Origin: Octopus vulgaris
Lineage: Eukaryota
Direction: 5' to 3'
Assembly (NCBI GenBank): GCA_951406725.2
Contig: OX597824.1
Location: 38,440,001-38,504,000, forward strand
DNA: 64,000 nt
Position numbers and translations under genes: made by a program
The notes under the pieces: model-generated
The model's database searches: none
Seen by the model: the letters and a program-made list of their open reading frames with translations, nothing else
What the model was told of the DNA's origin: nothing
In this document: piece by piece, positions 31,111 to 44,812 of the stretch
How the letters are laid out: each line of letters begins with the position of its first letter
Numbering within the stretch: the first letter of the stretch is position 1

Positions 31111-31534
31111 AGGGGCGGAGGAAAAGTAGCAGAAGATTTGACTTTTATTACTGACTTGGTTCTTTCTTTTCTTTCTTTCTTTCTTGCTTCCTCAAAACCT
31201 CGAAAGGACCTTATGTTAAAATTGGTTTGTGACATTGAGTCAAGAACTCAGAGAGCACAAAGGCCGGACGATTACCACACGGTGTTCTATCCCTCGCTTT
31301 GACAACTCACCGATTATCGATTACAACATATCGAATATTAAACTATTCTTTTTAACATTCAGCTTCAGCACCTGTACAACTACTGTCACATTTCGTACAA
31401 CAGATAAGGCGGTGGTGTTGGTGGAGGCAATGTTGTTATATAGCCACAGGTCAGTTCCCATCCAGCAGACCTATAACCAAAAGTGTTCCAGTTCTGCTCA
31501 TTCCTTCTTTTATCAGACACATTGCATCTAGGAC

Positions 31535-31699
31535 TTTTATTCAGCCCGGCAGCTTTCCGCATTATCAATGAAAGTATAATTCACTGTTTCCTATATATCA
31601 AAGGGTACAGCTTTCGCCTAGGAAGGTGACAAGCGAGTACACATCATTGATGAGGCACAAGGAGGTAGAAATGCATTTGGTGTTCTTATGATTCACTGT
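31535..31699 (+). repeat. 165-bp dispersed repeat, copy 1, containing a decayed hammerhead-like motif (31641-31683)
   Basis: Near-identical to 33820-33984. Motif: ACAUCA-UUGAUGA-GGCACAAGGAGGUA-GAAA-UGCA-UU-UGGUGU. Confidence 0.8.
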
Positions 31700-33819
31700 A
31701 TTCGTCTTTGTTGTTGCTGCTATTGTTGTTGTCATTGTTGTTGATGCTGTTGTTATTGTTTAGCATCAGGTCAACCCTGATCCAGCAACTCTATGGACAA
31801 AAATGTTATAGCCTTCACAAACATTTATATTTGTTTATCTATTGACATAATCTAAGACTACATTTTCTAATGAGTCCCCTACCTTTGCTTCAGATCAGGC
31901 TTCATCATGCATAACTATAATGGAAGATACCCCAGTCAACACTATCCCTTCTTAGGTCTTAGTTTATCACGGATTACACGAAACCAAACAATCCTTTATT
32001 TTCCTTAAGGTGTTATTTGAGGAAGTTTTAGTTGCTATGACTAACAGGTTGTGCGACCACGTAGAGAGGATACCCTGTTATCTTCTAGTTAAACATTGAG
32101 TCATGTCTTTATTTAGGTAACCTGTAAACAGAAATTGTTAGTATTAGCAATAGACATATTTTATTAAATATTTACACGAAGAAAATAAAATCGAAGTAAA
32201 TGGATTTGCGGAATTGTTAGTTATTGTATAGGGGAAACGGAAGTGAGATAAACAACGACAAAAAAATGTGTTTTGCTTTATCCGGAAACTTAACTATTTT
32301 TGACGTATCTATTCTTTCTTAATACGTTCTGGAGAATTCGAACGCGAATAGGCGATAGCTGTTATTTTCCGTCACCGGAGTACACCTCCTCATTTTAGAC
32401 ATTATGTGTTCATAACACATGCGATTCACCGTTACACCGCGATATTTCGACCTCGTTGTGTCTCTCATCAGTCAAAGCTACCCCGTCGGACCGATGGATC
32501 TGATAAGAACGAATTAAAAACGAATGGATACGTTATTGCTTGGATTATCGCTGTTCTATGTGCACTCTTTGAATTCATATCCGTTTGACAGACATCAGCA
32601 TTCATCAACAAAAATTTTGTTTATTGATTCTTAGAAAAAACAAGGGATCGTGCAGTTGTCAAATTCATTATATATTATATTGTGTGTGTGTGTGTGTGAC
32701 AATTAGAAGACGATTTGGGACAAGTTGAAAAAGAATGCAATATAGAAAGAATTGGAAGCTCGTCGGTACCAGCGATGTATTACATCCGATAGTATTGTCA
32801 ACGCAGATATTCGATGTTTAACTAGATGATGAAGGCCCCTCTCTATGTGACCCTCGGCCCTCGACCTGCAAGAGATAACAGTTAAATCTTCCTCAGACCA
32901 CAGCTTACTCCTTTATAAAATGGTTATTTGGGTTTCGTGTAGTCTGAGATACAATAACACAGAAGATGGTATGGTAACAGTCTTTCATCATAGGTATACT
33001 TAAAGATGGTCGACCTGAAGCAAAGGTAGGACACATTAGGTTATTCTCAAAACGGAGCACTGGCCCGAATGCTTGCTACAGAATGGTCTCCTCTAAAGAC
33101 ACGTATAGCTATGTGGTGATGTTAGATATGGAGACGGATTAAATCTACCAACCAAGAACTAAAAACGCAATAGACTACAGCAAACACCACAAAACATTTC
33201 AAAATACACTTTAGCAATTCCATCAAAGCACCACACAGAATGGTACTTTATTTTATCGACCCTTAATCGATATAAGTCAAAACTAACCTCGGCGGGCATT
33301 GAACTCACAGCGGGGGGAGAGAGAGAGCTGGAACAAATACCATAAGACATTATGTCCTACGTTCTTACGATTCTGCCAATTCGCTGTCAAAAAAAAAAAA
33401 AATTACTGTTTTATAAAATTGCTCTGTTGCCTACTGCGAAGGAACCATTATGCGATCACTCAGCCTGTTAGAAATAGCAGTCTAATCACTCCCAAATGAT
33501 TATATATTAAAATTAAAAAATTAAAATGGGCACAAACGTAAAGCATCCTTAGGGATAACTAGACTTTAGGGATTTGGAAATATCTTTTTTACTGAGGTGA
33601 ACGTGGTAATGGAATATTTTAAAGGCCCACTGCAATATTTGGGAGAAAACTATGTAGAAATCTCTGTGTATGAAATTGAAACAGCATTAAATTCGAATAG
33701 TATGTATTATATTTCACATTGAAAGGCATAATTCTGTAGTATTCATTCGATAGAAAAATCTCTTTTAGATATGCTGTACTATTGTGAATAGCATGCTACT
33801 TCAATTGCATAGTCAGAAA

Positions 33820-33984
33820 TTTTATTCAGCCCGGCAGCTTTCCGCAATATCAGTGAAAGTATAATTCATTGTTTCCTATATATCAGAGGGTACAGCTTTC
33901 GCCTAGGTAGGTGACAAGCGAGTACACATCACTGATGAGGCACAAGGAGGTGGAAATGCATCTGGCGTTCTCATGATTCACTGT
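33820..33984 (+). repeat. 165-bp dispersed repeat, copy 2
   Basis: Direct repeat of 31535-31699. Confidence 0.8.
33926..33968 (+). ncRNA. Minimal type I hammerhead-like motif
   Basis: ACAUCA-CUGAUGA-GGCACAAGGAGGUG-GAAA-UGCA-UC^UGGCGU; palindromic AUGCAU helix III; the helix II closing pair is mismatched. Confidence 0.5.
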
Positions 33985-34025
33985 TGGAACGAGCTTGTAT
34001 CCCTCTAGTATATATATATATATGT

Positions 34026-34057
<32 letters not shown>

Positions 34058-34206
34058 ATACGTATACGTATATCCCCTACTCTTCGTCTATTATAACTCC
34101 AAAAGGGTACCAGTTGATATACACAACAGGATGATAACCACGGAAGTCAGAATCTGTTCAATGGTATGTAACAGTCTACCTACTATATCGATAAAATGTA
34201 TGTATG

Positions 34207-34286
<80 letters not shown>

Positions 34287-34440
34287 ATTAATTGTTATCG
34301 CCATATTAATATGGCATTCTTATAGATATAAGAATAATCGCTGCCATGGTCAGCTCCATGAGGCCACCACCATCAAGATAGCTATTGATACACGATCTGT
34401 ATCCATTATAACCTTCGAGACTTAGTAATTTTAATATTTC

Positions 34441-34495
<55 letters not shown>

Positions 34496-34669
34496 TGTAC
34501 ACACACACACTCATACATACACACGAATATATGCAGACACATACATATGTATGTGTGTGTGCATCTTTGTGTTGGTTTATCCCCACTTGTCAACCGATGT
34601 TCGGTTGTTTACGTCCCCTTAAGTTAGCAGTTCGGTTTAAAAAAATGACTCCGATTGAATAAGTACCAG

Positions 34670-34726
<57 letters not shown>

Positions 34727-34728
<2 letters not shown>

Positions 34729-35140
34729 GGCGGCGAGCTGGCAGAGTCGTTAGCGTACCGGACAAAATGCTTAGCGTTATTTCGCCAGTCGCTATGTTCT
34801 GAGTTCAAATTCCTCCGAGGTCGACTTTGCCTTTCATCCTTTCGGGCTTGATAATTTGAGTACCAATTGTGTACTTGAGTGAATCTAATCGATTGGGCCC
34901 TTCCCCAAAAATTTCGAACCTTGTGCCTAGAGTAGAAAAGATTATTATTATTCAGGCGGCGAGCTGGCAGAATCGACAGCACGCTGGACGAAATACTTGA
35001 CGATATTTCGCACGACGCTACGTTCTTAGTTCAAATTCTGCTGAGGTCGATAAATTAAGTACCAGCTGAACACTGGGGTTGATGTAGGCGACTTATCCTC
35101 TCCTCCAAAATGGCCGCCCTTACGGCAAAATTTGAAATCA
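34727..35140 (+). mobile_element. Two tandem SINE family B copies after (ATT)n
   Basis: AGGCGGCGAGCTGGCAGA heads at 34728 and 34954. Confidence 0.85.
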
Positions 35141-35653
35141 TTATTATTATTCTAAATTTGTTGTGCAGCCAATTTGATCGACAAACCTTTCAAGACGAGG
35201 CTCCAGTGTAAACGCAGTCCAATGACAGTAGATTAACAAAAGAATTAAAAGAATGTATATCCCCCACCCATTCAGAAGGTGATGGGATCTAATTGAAGGG
35301 TGTTTGACTACTATTTCTAGCAAACCAATGAACCACACCACGTAGATGCTCTACCGTTCTAATCACCACCGGTTAACGGTGGTGATTAGAATAACCGATA
35401 TCGCATCGGATAAAAAAAATCCAAAAACCTTGTGTTGTAATATTTACTTTACGTTGCCTTGCATTCTGAGTTCAAATGCCGTGCACGTACTTTGCCTCTA
35501 ACCATTTCTGGGTCCATTGCAGAAATACCATTTAAGCACAGGGGGTTGATTCACTTGGCAATAACCCCAGCCCTTGATTTTCTGGCCCTCTGCCAATCTT
35601 ATAAATCCTTGTTACAATTATTGGTGCTCCTGTTTTTAAAGGTTTTTCACTGA

Positions 35654-35938
35654 TCTTCTTCTTCTTCTTCTTCTTCTTCTTCTTCTTCTTCTTCTTCTTC
35701 TTCTTCTTCTTCTTCTTCTTCTTCTTCTTCTTCTTCTTCTTCTTCTCCTCCTCCTCCTTCTTCTTCTTCTTCTTCTTCTTCTTCTTCTCCTCCTCCTTCT
35801 TCTTCTTCTTCTTCTTCTTCTTCTTCTTCTTCTTCTTCTTCTTCTTCTTCTTCTTCTTCTTCTTCTTCTTCTCCTCCTCCTCCTTCTTCTTCTTTTTCTT
35901 CTTCTTCTTCTTCTTCTTCTTCTTCTTCTTCTTCTTCT
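35654..35938. repeat. (TTC)n/(TCC)n polypyrimidine microsatellite, about 285 bp
   Basis: Directly visible. Confidence 0.95.
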
Positions 35939-36364
35939 CACCTCTCCTCCTTATCCTCCATTACCCTCTCTCCCACCCCACCCCCGTTTCTTTATTCCTT
36001 CGTTTCAGATGTAGCTATTACCTATTAGCAACAAACAGCCCTCAGAGATCCAGTTTCAATTGATATATTATTACATGCTAACGTTTGTTTTTATATAGCC
36101 TCCCCTTCTCTCTCACTAGCCTTTACATTACACTGCTTTAAATAACTTACATAACACGAATTAGGGGATAGCTTCGATGGCAGCGCAATTCTGTTGACTG
36201 AGAAGTAACCCTCTTCACCTACATATGTGCGTGAGTGTATGAGTATATGTGAACCTGTGTGTTTATGCATGTTTGTATAGTGTCCTGTTATTTTATCCTC
36301 TTCGGGCGAAGAGGATAACACCTTTTGTCGACTGGCTGTATAAATAAATATATACATATGTATT

Positions 36365-36452
<88 letters not shown>

Positions 36453-36453
<1 letters not shown>

Positions 36454-36850
36454 CGCAGGAGTAGCAGTGTGGTAAGTAGCTTGCTTACCAACCACATGGT
36501 TACAGGTTCAGTCCCACTGCGTGGCACCTTGGGTAAGTGTCTCCTACTATAGCCTCGGGCCGGCCAAAGCCTTGTGAGTGGATTTGGTAGACGGAAACTG
36601 AAAGAAGCCTGTCGTATATATATATATATATATATATGTTTGTATATCTGTGTTTGTCCCCACCTCCAACATCGCTTGACAACCGATGCTGGTGTGCTTA
36701 CGTCTCCGTAACTTAGCGGTTCGGTAATACTGACCGATAGAATAAGTACTAGGTTTACAAAGAATAAGTGCTGGGGTCGATTTGTTTCGACTAAAAGCGG
36801 TGCTCCAGCATGGCCGCAGTCAAATGACTGAAACAAATACATGAATAAAA
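36453..36850 (+). mobile_element. SINE family A copy
   Basis: Full head, internal (TA)n and tail. Confidence 0.85.
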
Positions 36851-36944
36851 GATAAAGAAATACTAGACACACACACATATATATCAAGAGAGAGAGAGGG
36901 GGGAGAACGGGCGAGAAGAATGATTGAATGAGTAATTGCGTGAG

Positions 36945-37190
36945 AGGGCATGGCTTGGTGGTTAGGGTGATGTACTAACGATCTCGAGATCGTGTTTTCC
37001 ATTCCTAGACCGGGTGGTGCGTTGTGTTCTTGTGCAGAACACTTCATCTCACGTTACTCTGCGACCACTTCGACACCTGACGCGTGGCACGCTGCGTCAC
37101 CTGTTCAGACAACGTCGATTTGAAAGAGAGCGAGCGCTAATGCGAGGCACGAACAACATTTCATCACTATAAAAAAATCATTTGTGCAGG
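36945..37190 (+). mobile_element. SINE family D copy
   Basis: Homologue of 2243-2460. Confidence 0.75.
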
Positions 37191-37212
37191 GCAGTCCTGT
37201 ATGTATGTTTAT

Positions 37213-37255
<43 letters not shown>

Positions 37256-37532
37256 CCATTTTATTATTATTTTTTTGCAATTTACTTAATGATTGATATT
37301 TTATAGTTATTTTAATTTCAATATTTCTATTATATGTAATTTTCTAGATGGTGTAATTTAATTGTTCAATTTGAATTGATAAAAGGTGGGGTTTTTTTCT
37401 AATTTTTTTCTATATATATATTATATTGTGTGAAATTTGATTTAGTATTTCTAAATTGAATTTTTTTCCCCCGTAGAGTTTGGATTTATATTCCCTCAAA
37501 AAATAGTTATATATATATATATATATATATAT

Positions 37533-37630
<98 letters not shown>

Positions 37631-37765
37631 GTCTGTCTCTATATATGTATATACATGTACGCGATAAGATGCATATACATACACACAACACAACTTTATG
37701 ACTAACGCTTGGAGAGTGTTGGATTCCTCCACACTAGTTTATGTATGCATGCATGTATATGTATA

Positions 37766-38080
37766 CACCAGAACCTCGGTCTACGAATGAAATTCGTTCC
37801 TAAAGTCCGTCTATCACCCGAAATCCTCGTAAACTGAACCTGTGGGAAATTCAAAAGAAGGCATGTCGAAATGGAGCAGAGATGAGCCCTGACTGAAAGC
37901 TTGACAACATCTGACGCTCTCTCGTTGATATTTCCATCTTGTCACTCAACCATTTTTTGCCGGCTTGCGTGTTCGTTACTCGACATACCGTTCGTCTCTC
38001 AAGACGTTTTCTTATTCAGAAAGTTGTACGCAAACCGAGTTGTTCGTTATGCAATACGTCCATAAACCGAGGGTCTACTC
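37766..38080. mobile_element. Tigger/pogo-like MITE
   Basis: Imperfect TIRs CACCAGAACCTCGGTCTACG / CATAAACCGAGGGTCTACTC, with TA on both flanks. Confidence 0.7.
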
Positions 38081-38395
38081 TATTTGCTATCCACTTCACA
38101 CCACTGACACGGAAGTAAACACCGGTACACGGCAGACGTGAGGGAAGTAATACGCAAACATTAGCTGGGTGACATTGTTATGACTGTTATTTCCTTCCAT
38201 ACAGTGTTTTTTTTTATTTAAATTATAGCGTTGCCGTCGTAAATGAGATTAATTCCTATTCTAGACATGTATAATCTTATCTATACAGATAATCTCCTTT
38301 TCGGTACGATGACACTTCACTTCTGATTCAAGGACATTCATATCTGAACGCATTAGTGCAGGGTTCTAACCTTGTGGACTTTTGTGCGTGCGTGC

Positions 38396-38465
<70 letters not shown>

Positions 38466-38579
38466 GGGTGATGGCGTCGAAGAGCTTTGAAAATTTTCTA
38501 ATTCTCAAGTCAAATGTGGTGAAGCATGGAATTTTTTTCAAGCAAACACCCCAAACCATACACACATACATATAGATGC

Positions 38580-38687
<108 letters not shown>

Positions 38688-39161
38688 ATATGTGTGTGTA
38701 ATCGTCTCATTAATTTTATATTCCACAATTTTATAATTATAGAATTATATACATATATAAAGCCATTTGCGATAACTTCAGTTTTATGAGGCTTTTATTC
38801 GTTATAGCCTAAATCCAAATGTAATCGGACTTCATTCATTCCTAAGTGTGCCGTAACGGAATAAATGAGTTTAATGTGATTTGATTCTTTAGCTCTAATT
38901 CGTATTTTATCGTGTCGTGCAGTGAAGCATAATAAAGTGTACATGTGTGCGTGTGTTTAAGTGTGTGTGAGTGTGTATGTGTGTGTGTTTATGCATGCAT
39001 ATAAATGTACGTATGTATTTATACTTCGATATCTCTATCACAAGTAAACTTTTTAAACATGCTGAACAAAAATATATTATATATGTTCAATGTATAAGTT
39101 AAATTTTCGTTATAACTTGACATAAAAGTAAACATTAATATACATGGGTCTATATATGTAA

Positions 39162-39381
39162 TTTACTAAAAAGCAGCAAAAATCACAAAAACTGTTTCAC
39201 GTTCCCGCTCGTCGGACAGTTTTGTTTAGAAAAACAAAACGGTCCGACGAACAGGAACGTGAAACGCTGAGTAACATTTTTGGTGATATTTTTGCTGCTT
39301 TTTAATAAAGCATATTACTCTACCTCTGGTATTCGAGTACTATTTTTTCCACCTTGTTTCGCATTTATGAGCTTACTCTGG
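39162..39381 (+). mobile_element. Second copy of the fold-back hammerhead-bearing element
   Basis: Reverse-orientation homologue of 5663-5892. Motif CCGACGA-ACAGGAACGU-GAAA-CGCUGAG-UA-ACA at 39244-39276, with AATAAA at 39304. Confidence 0.75.
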
Positions 39382-39523
39382 CATATATATATCAGCCGAA
39401 ATTGCGAGGATGATCCGGTTCTTGACTGAAGATTGAAGGCTTCGAATGTCCCGTCCGTGTTTTTTGTATCGTCTTCTAAATGTTTTACGTTCTTGTCCCA
39501 GTTTGTATTTTTCTACATATAAT

Positions 39524-39686
<163 letters not shown>

Positions 39687-39698
39687 TGTATGTATGTA

Positions 39699-40522
39699 TA
39701 GGTTGGATGGAAAGTAAGGCATTAGAAATTGCTTAGAGAATATTTAGTATCACTGAAGTCATGAAAGCATTTTTTAAACAGACAACACTAATGGGGATAT
39801 TTTAAATTTTCTTATTGTCTTATTGTCCTATTTTCCAGATGGCCGGTCGCTTGACTGTTCAGAAGCGAGCTAACATAGCAGCACACTGTGAAGTGTGGAA
39901 TTCCATTGATTCAGAGATGAAAAGGCAAGCATACAAAACTATATCCGGAGACAATAAAAAGTTGTCATGCAAAGCTGATGACCACGGGCTCTGTGAACGA
40001 TGCAAGTAGAAGTGGCCGTCCAACCAAATCCCGATCAGTGGGTAACGTGACAACAGTGCAGGAAATGGTTTAATCGTAGCCCGCAGAAATCAACACGTGA
40101 AGCAGCGTACGGCCTTGCATAAAGAATTGAATTTTCGTCCGTGGAAACTCTATTACGTGCAGGAAAGCCTGAAGACTGTGACCGCAGATGTTCAGAAGTC
40201 CAGATCTCACTCCATATGACTTTTACCTGTAGAGTTACACAAAAGAGGTGTACAAGACAAAACATCGAACACTGGAGGACAAGGAGACAGATTCAGGAGA
40301 TTCTCGATGATATTCCAGTCGACAACCTTCAGAAGGTTGTTCATTCCATCCCTGGCCGTTTGAAGAAACTAGTTGAAGCCACCGGTGCTTACGTTGAAAT
40401 ATGAAGATTTACATTAATTTCCACATGTAATAAAGAACATGTATCATTTGTTTTCAATAAATTTGTTAAAGGAATATGGATTTTATAACCAATTTTTAAT
40501 ACCTACTTACCTTTCGACCACC

Positions 40523-40525
<3 letters not shown>
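39699..40525 (+). mobile_element. Internally deleted Tc1/mariner element (CAGGGTG-type TIR)
   Basis: Ends TAGGTTGGATGGAAAGTAAG / CTTACCTTTCGACCACCCTG. Remnants include MAGRLTVQKRA.., RSGRP and ..IPGRLKKLVEATGAYVE. Confidence 0.7.
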
Positions 40526-40598
<73 letters not shown>

Positions 40599-42202
40599 AT
40601 ATATGTATATATATGTATATATACGTGTATACGTGTGTATGTGTGCATGTGTGCATGTGTGTGTCTGTCTGTTGTGTGTCTGTGTGTATGCCTGTGGCTG
40701 TGCAGATATGTACGTATGTATGTGATTATTCAGTTTTATTTCAAAATCTCTTGCCAATGGAGAAAGAGCCGGCTTCTAACCTTAACCCAAGGGTCCTCCA
40801 TTGCTATGTCGTCAATATCAACAGGGAATTTTTGTATGTATGCATGTATAAGTGCAGTATTTGGTGTCAGTGTATGTGCAGATTTGTATGTTTTGTTTTA
40901 TGTACATATTCTCATGCATATAGTTGCATGTCTAAACATGCGCTTTTACACTTAAATGATAAACTGGAAATTTTTACAGATTTTTACAGTTCCAGGAATG
41001 GCTTGGATCTGTTGTCTTTTAATCAGCTTTCTCCTTTCTGGTTTTGAGAAGCCTAAATTCTCAAGATTAATATTTATGCTCTGTGTTACGTATGTATGTA
41101 TTTATTTAGGTATGTATGTATGTATGTATGTATGTATGTATGTATGTATGTATGTATGTATGCATGCATGAACGCATGCATGCATATATATGTATGTATG
41201 AATGTATGTATGTATGGTGCTGGGGATGGATTTTCAAAGGAGTTCGTTAAAACTTGACAGAAACGTAGCTTCTAATTACAGACGACCAAGGACGCACCAT
41301 AGTCAAATAGACAAGACGAAGCCATTGGCTCACTGAGTAGGTCACGGGTTAGTTGTCTCTGTGTGATATCTTAGGCAAGAGATTTTTACTATAGCATCGT
41401 ACCGACCCAAACTTCGTGAGTGAAATTAGACAAATGAAAACTGTGTGGACGTCTGTTGAATGGAAGCTAACTGTAATTCAACCTTGCCATACACTGCGTA
41501 ACGCTAATTCTGCCTGGGGATTACTCCACGGTATATTCATCCACTTTACACGCAAATTCTTTGAGTAGGTCGTTCAGTTGATCTAACACCTAAATACCCG
41601 TCGTCGAAATAGACGGAGATCCATTTACTTTATGTGTTTGTGTCTGTGAAAGTGCGTGTGTATATGTGTGTGTGTGTGTGTCTGTGTGTATGGTGTGTAT
41701 ATGTGTGGCTGTATGTATGTACGTAACTATGTATGTATGTGTGTATGTATGTGCGTTTATGTATTATGTGCGTTTACGTATGTATGTACGTTTATTTATG
41801 TTCGTGTGCTCATGTTTGTGTGTGTGTGCGTTCACACACACACACACATATTTATATAAGTATATATATATATATATGGGTGTGTATTTGTATGAATGAC
41901 GGTGTATATGTAAACGTATGTATGTCTCTGTGAATATATATGCTGTGAAGAGAAGCATGATCGTGTATATTAATGTGTGTGTGTGTGTATATGCGTGTGT
42001 GGGGAAGTGAGCGTGTGTGTGTGCTTATGTATATATGTGGTTACGTATGCTTATGCGAATGTGTACATGTCCATGCGTGTGTATCTAAGCGTATGTGTGT
42101 ATACATGTATGTATATGTCTACGTGTATCTATATGTGTGTGTGTGTGCGCGCGTGTGTGTGCGTGCGTATGTGTGTGTGTGTGCGCGCGTGTGTGTGCGT
42201 GC

Positions 42203-42249
<47 letters not shown>

Positions 42250-42730
42250 CGTAGATATGATCAGCTCAACAACAGTCAAGTGGTGGACTGGAACGTAATG
42301 GTAGAGCACGGTTGATCGGAGGAGTGGTAAGAGATGAAGAACCAACTGGTAATTATCCACTGCGTTTAATGCTGAAGGTGTTTACAATTGGCGCCCAATT
42401 ATGGAGTCAATTTAGCGCACTAATCACCTTCTATACAGATTCATCCTTCTATAACGATCACATTATTGATCTGCTTATTAAACCTGATATATCTATTGTT
42501 TGATTGGTTCCACAACGTTAATACAATATTCTGAACCATACAGTATTAATTATAATAGGGTTAGTAATTAATTCGTTTATCTATTTATTTATGTATTTGT
42601 GTATCTATGTATTTATTTTGCTAGTTGGTTGGTTTGTTGGTTGGTTGGAGTAATTTTGTCACATTGATGTGGTGGTCGTCGTACTGGAGAGGATTATTAT
42701 TATTGTTGTTGTTGTTGTTGTTGTTAGGGG

Positions 42731-43930
42731 CTAAAATGAAGGTCGACATATCAGTTGGTTGCGGTTTGGCTCCTGGAGAGGCAGGACGATATCATCAAAC
42801 GGCGTCGTCGGATACTGGACCGACGGACCAGTTAAAGTGTTCGGGGTCTGGTTTGGTTCCGACCTCCAGATTGATAAGAACTTGAACGAGATAGAGAACA
42901 GGGTGGCCAGCCTTACCCAGAAATGGGCTGAAAGAAAGCTGTACCTCAAATGTCGGGCAGAGGTGGCGAATACTTACATCGCCTCCGTTATTATTTATCA
43001 CCTGACCATAATGCCTTGTCCCGGTTACTGCTTGACCATGTTGGAGCGTCTCTTACTTAAATTCTTGTGGAAGGGACACATTCCAATGGTCAGGCGGTCA
43101 ATGTGTTGCCAGCATCCTCTGAGTGGCGGATTAGGTACGCCATGGCTCTTGATGCGCATACACGCTCTTTGGTTGCGCCACCTGCAACGATTTCTGGACG
43201 GTGAGCGTGTGTGAGCTCCGTTTGTGAGGTTCGTCTTTCCGCAGCTCGTCTCCTTGACGGAGCTGCAGTCCTTGGTGAAGAAAGACCGAGACTGGGCGCC
43301 TGGCACCTAAAATCATGTCGGGTGCTAACAACCTTCTACTAGTTTGGCAATGGGATCGGTGGATGTTCCGCTTTAGAAATGTATTGAGGATTAGTGGCGG
43401 GGAAGTGTGACGATGTTCTCGGGGAGACTGGGCGCCGATGAGAATGAACTGGCTAGTCTGTTCCGGACGACTTTCCTGTCGGGAACTACCATTGATAATT
43501 TCCAGATGTCCTTGGCCTGACAGTGCTACCGGGGGCTGCTACTAGTTCGAGATAAACACTACAGGCACGGATGTACTGTCAGACGGACTTGCCCGAGGTG
43601 CACGTAGAGTGACGAAGCCGTTCTGTACAGCCTCGTTCAGTGTCTGTGGTTATATTGAACAGCTGCTGTCACGTGTAGGCCAATCAGTCTGTCGGCCGAG
43701 TCTGTAGTGATGATCGCACCGCCACCCTCCTTTGATTGGACAGGCAAAGCAGTTTTCCTTTTCCTGGTGACTGTGGCGAAAGAGGTTGATTGGTGGACAA
43801 GGCTGAAAGGCATGAGAACAGATAAATTCTGTGTTAGATACATGAGGACAAATATATTCTGTGGTAGAGCTCTCATGACTTCTTCAAATTTCACTTGAAA
43901 AGGAAATAGAAGGTGGAGAAGGAAGTGCTG
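42731..43930 (+). mobile_element. Tx1/L1-clade LINE ORF2 3' region, decayed
   Basis: VKVFGVWFG...WAERKLYLKCRAEVANTYIASVIIY...KFLWKG...HPLSGGLG, with a downstream CPRC..E...C knuckle remnant. Confidence 0.8.
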
Positions 43931-44069
43931 AGTTCAAATTCCACTGAGGTCGACTTTGCCTTTCATCCTTTTGGGATCGATAAATTAAGTACCAGTGAAA
44001 CTTTGGGGGGTCGATGTAATAGACTCGTTTCCTCCCCCAAAATGGCTCTTCTTCTTCTTCTTCTTCTTC

Positions 44070-44148
<79 letters not shown>

Positions 44149-44293
44149 CATTATAATTATTATTAGCAAAAAAAAGTGAAGAGTGCAATTGTCATCAAGT
44201 GAACATATCGTGAACAAGTGAACAAGTTGACATATCGTGTATCTGCCATAGGTTAAAAAACTAAACGTGTATAGAGGATTAGTACCTCAATCC

Positions 44294-44354
<61 letters not shown>

Positions 44355-44556
44355 GACATTCACTAGTACAACACCAAAAAAACAACCCCCCCCCCCAAAT
44401 ATATGGCACAGAACTTCCAACCTGTTGTCTCTTGAGGTCTCTGGGTGAGACTTAGAGCCAACTTGTACAGACATAAAGCAAAAGTCAAACATAGAATAAT
44501 AATAATAATGATAATAATAATAATAATAATTATTATTATTGTTGTTGTTGTTGTTG

Positions 44557-44630
<74 letters not shown>

Positions 44631-44812
44631 GTTATCATCATCATTATTATGCCGCCGTGCTGGTAGTTTCGTTAGCACGGCAGATAAAGTGCTTAGTGGC
44701 ATTTCGTCCGTCTTTCATACATCTGGGGACGATGAAATAAGTACCAGTTGAGGACTGGGGTTGATGTTATCGACTAACCCCACCCACAAAATTTCAGGCC
44801 TAGTGCATGTAG

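Noticed and set aside
44400-44495. Possible 3' UTR of another (TAA)n-associated LINE
   Set aside because: Recognised only from memory; there is no coding part or second copy in the window.
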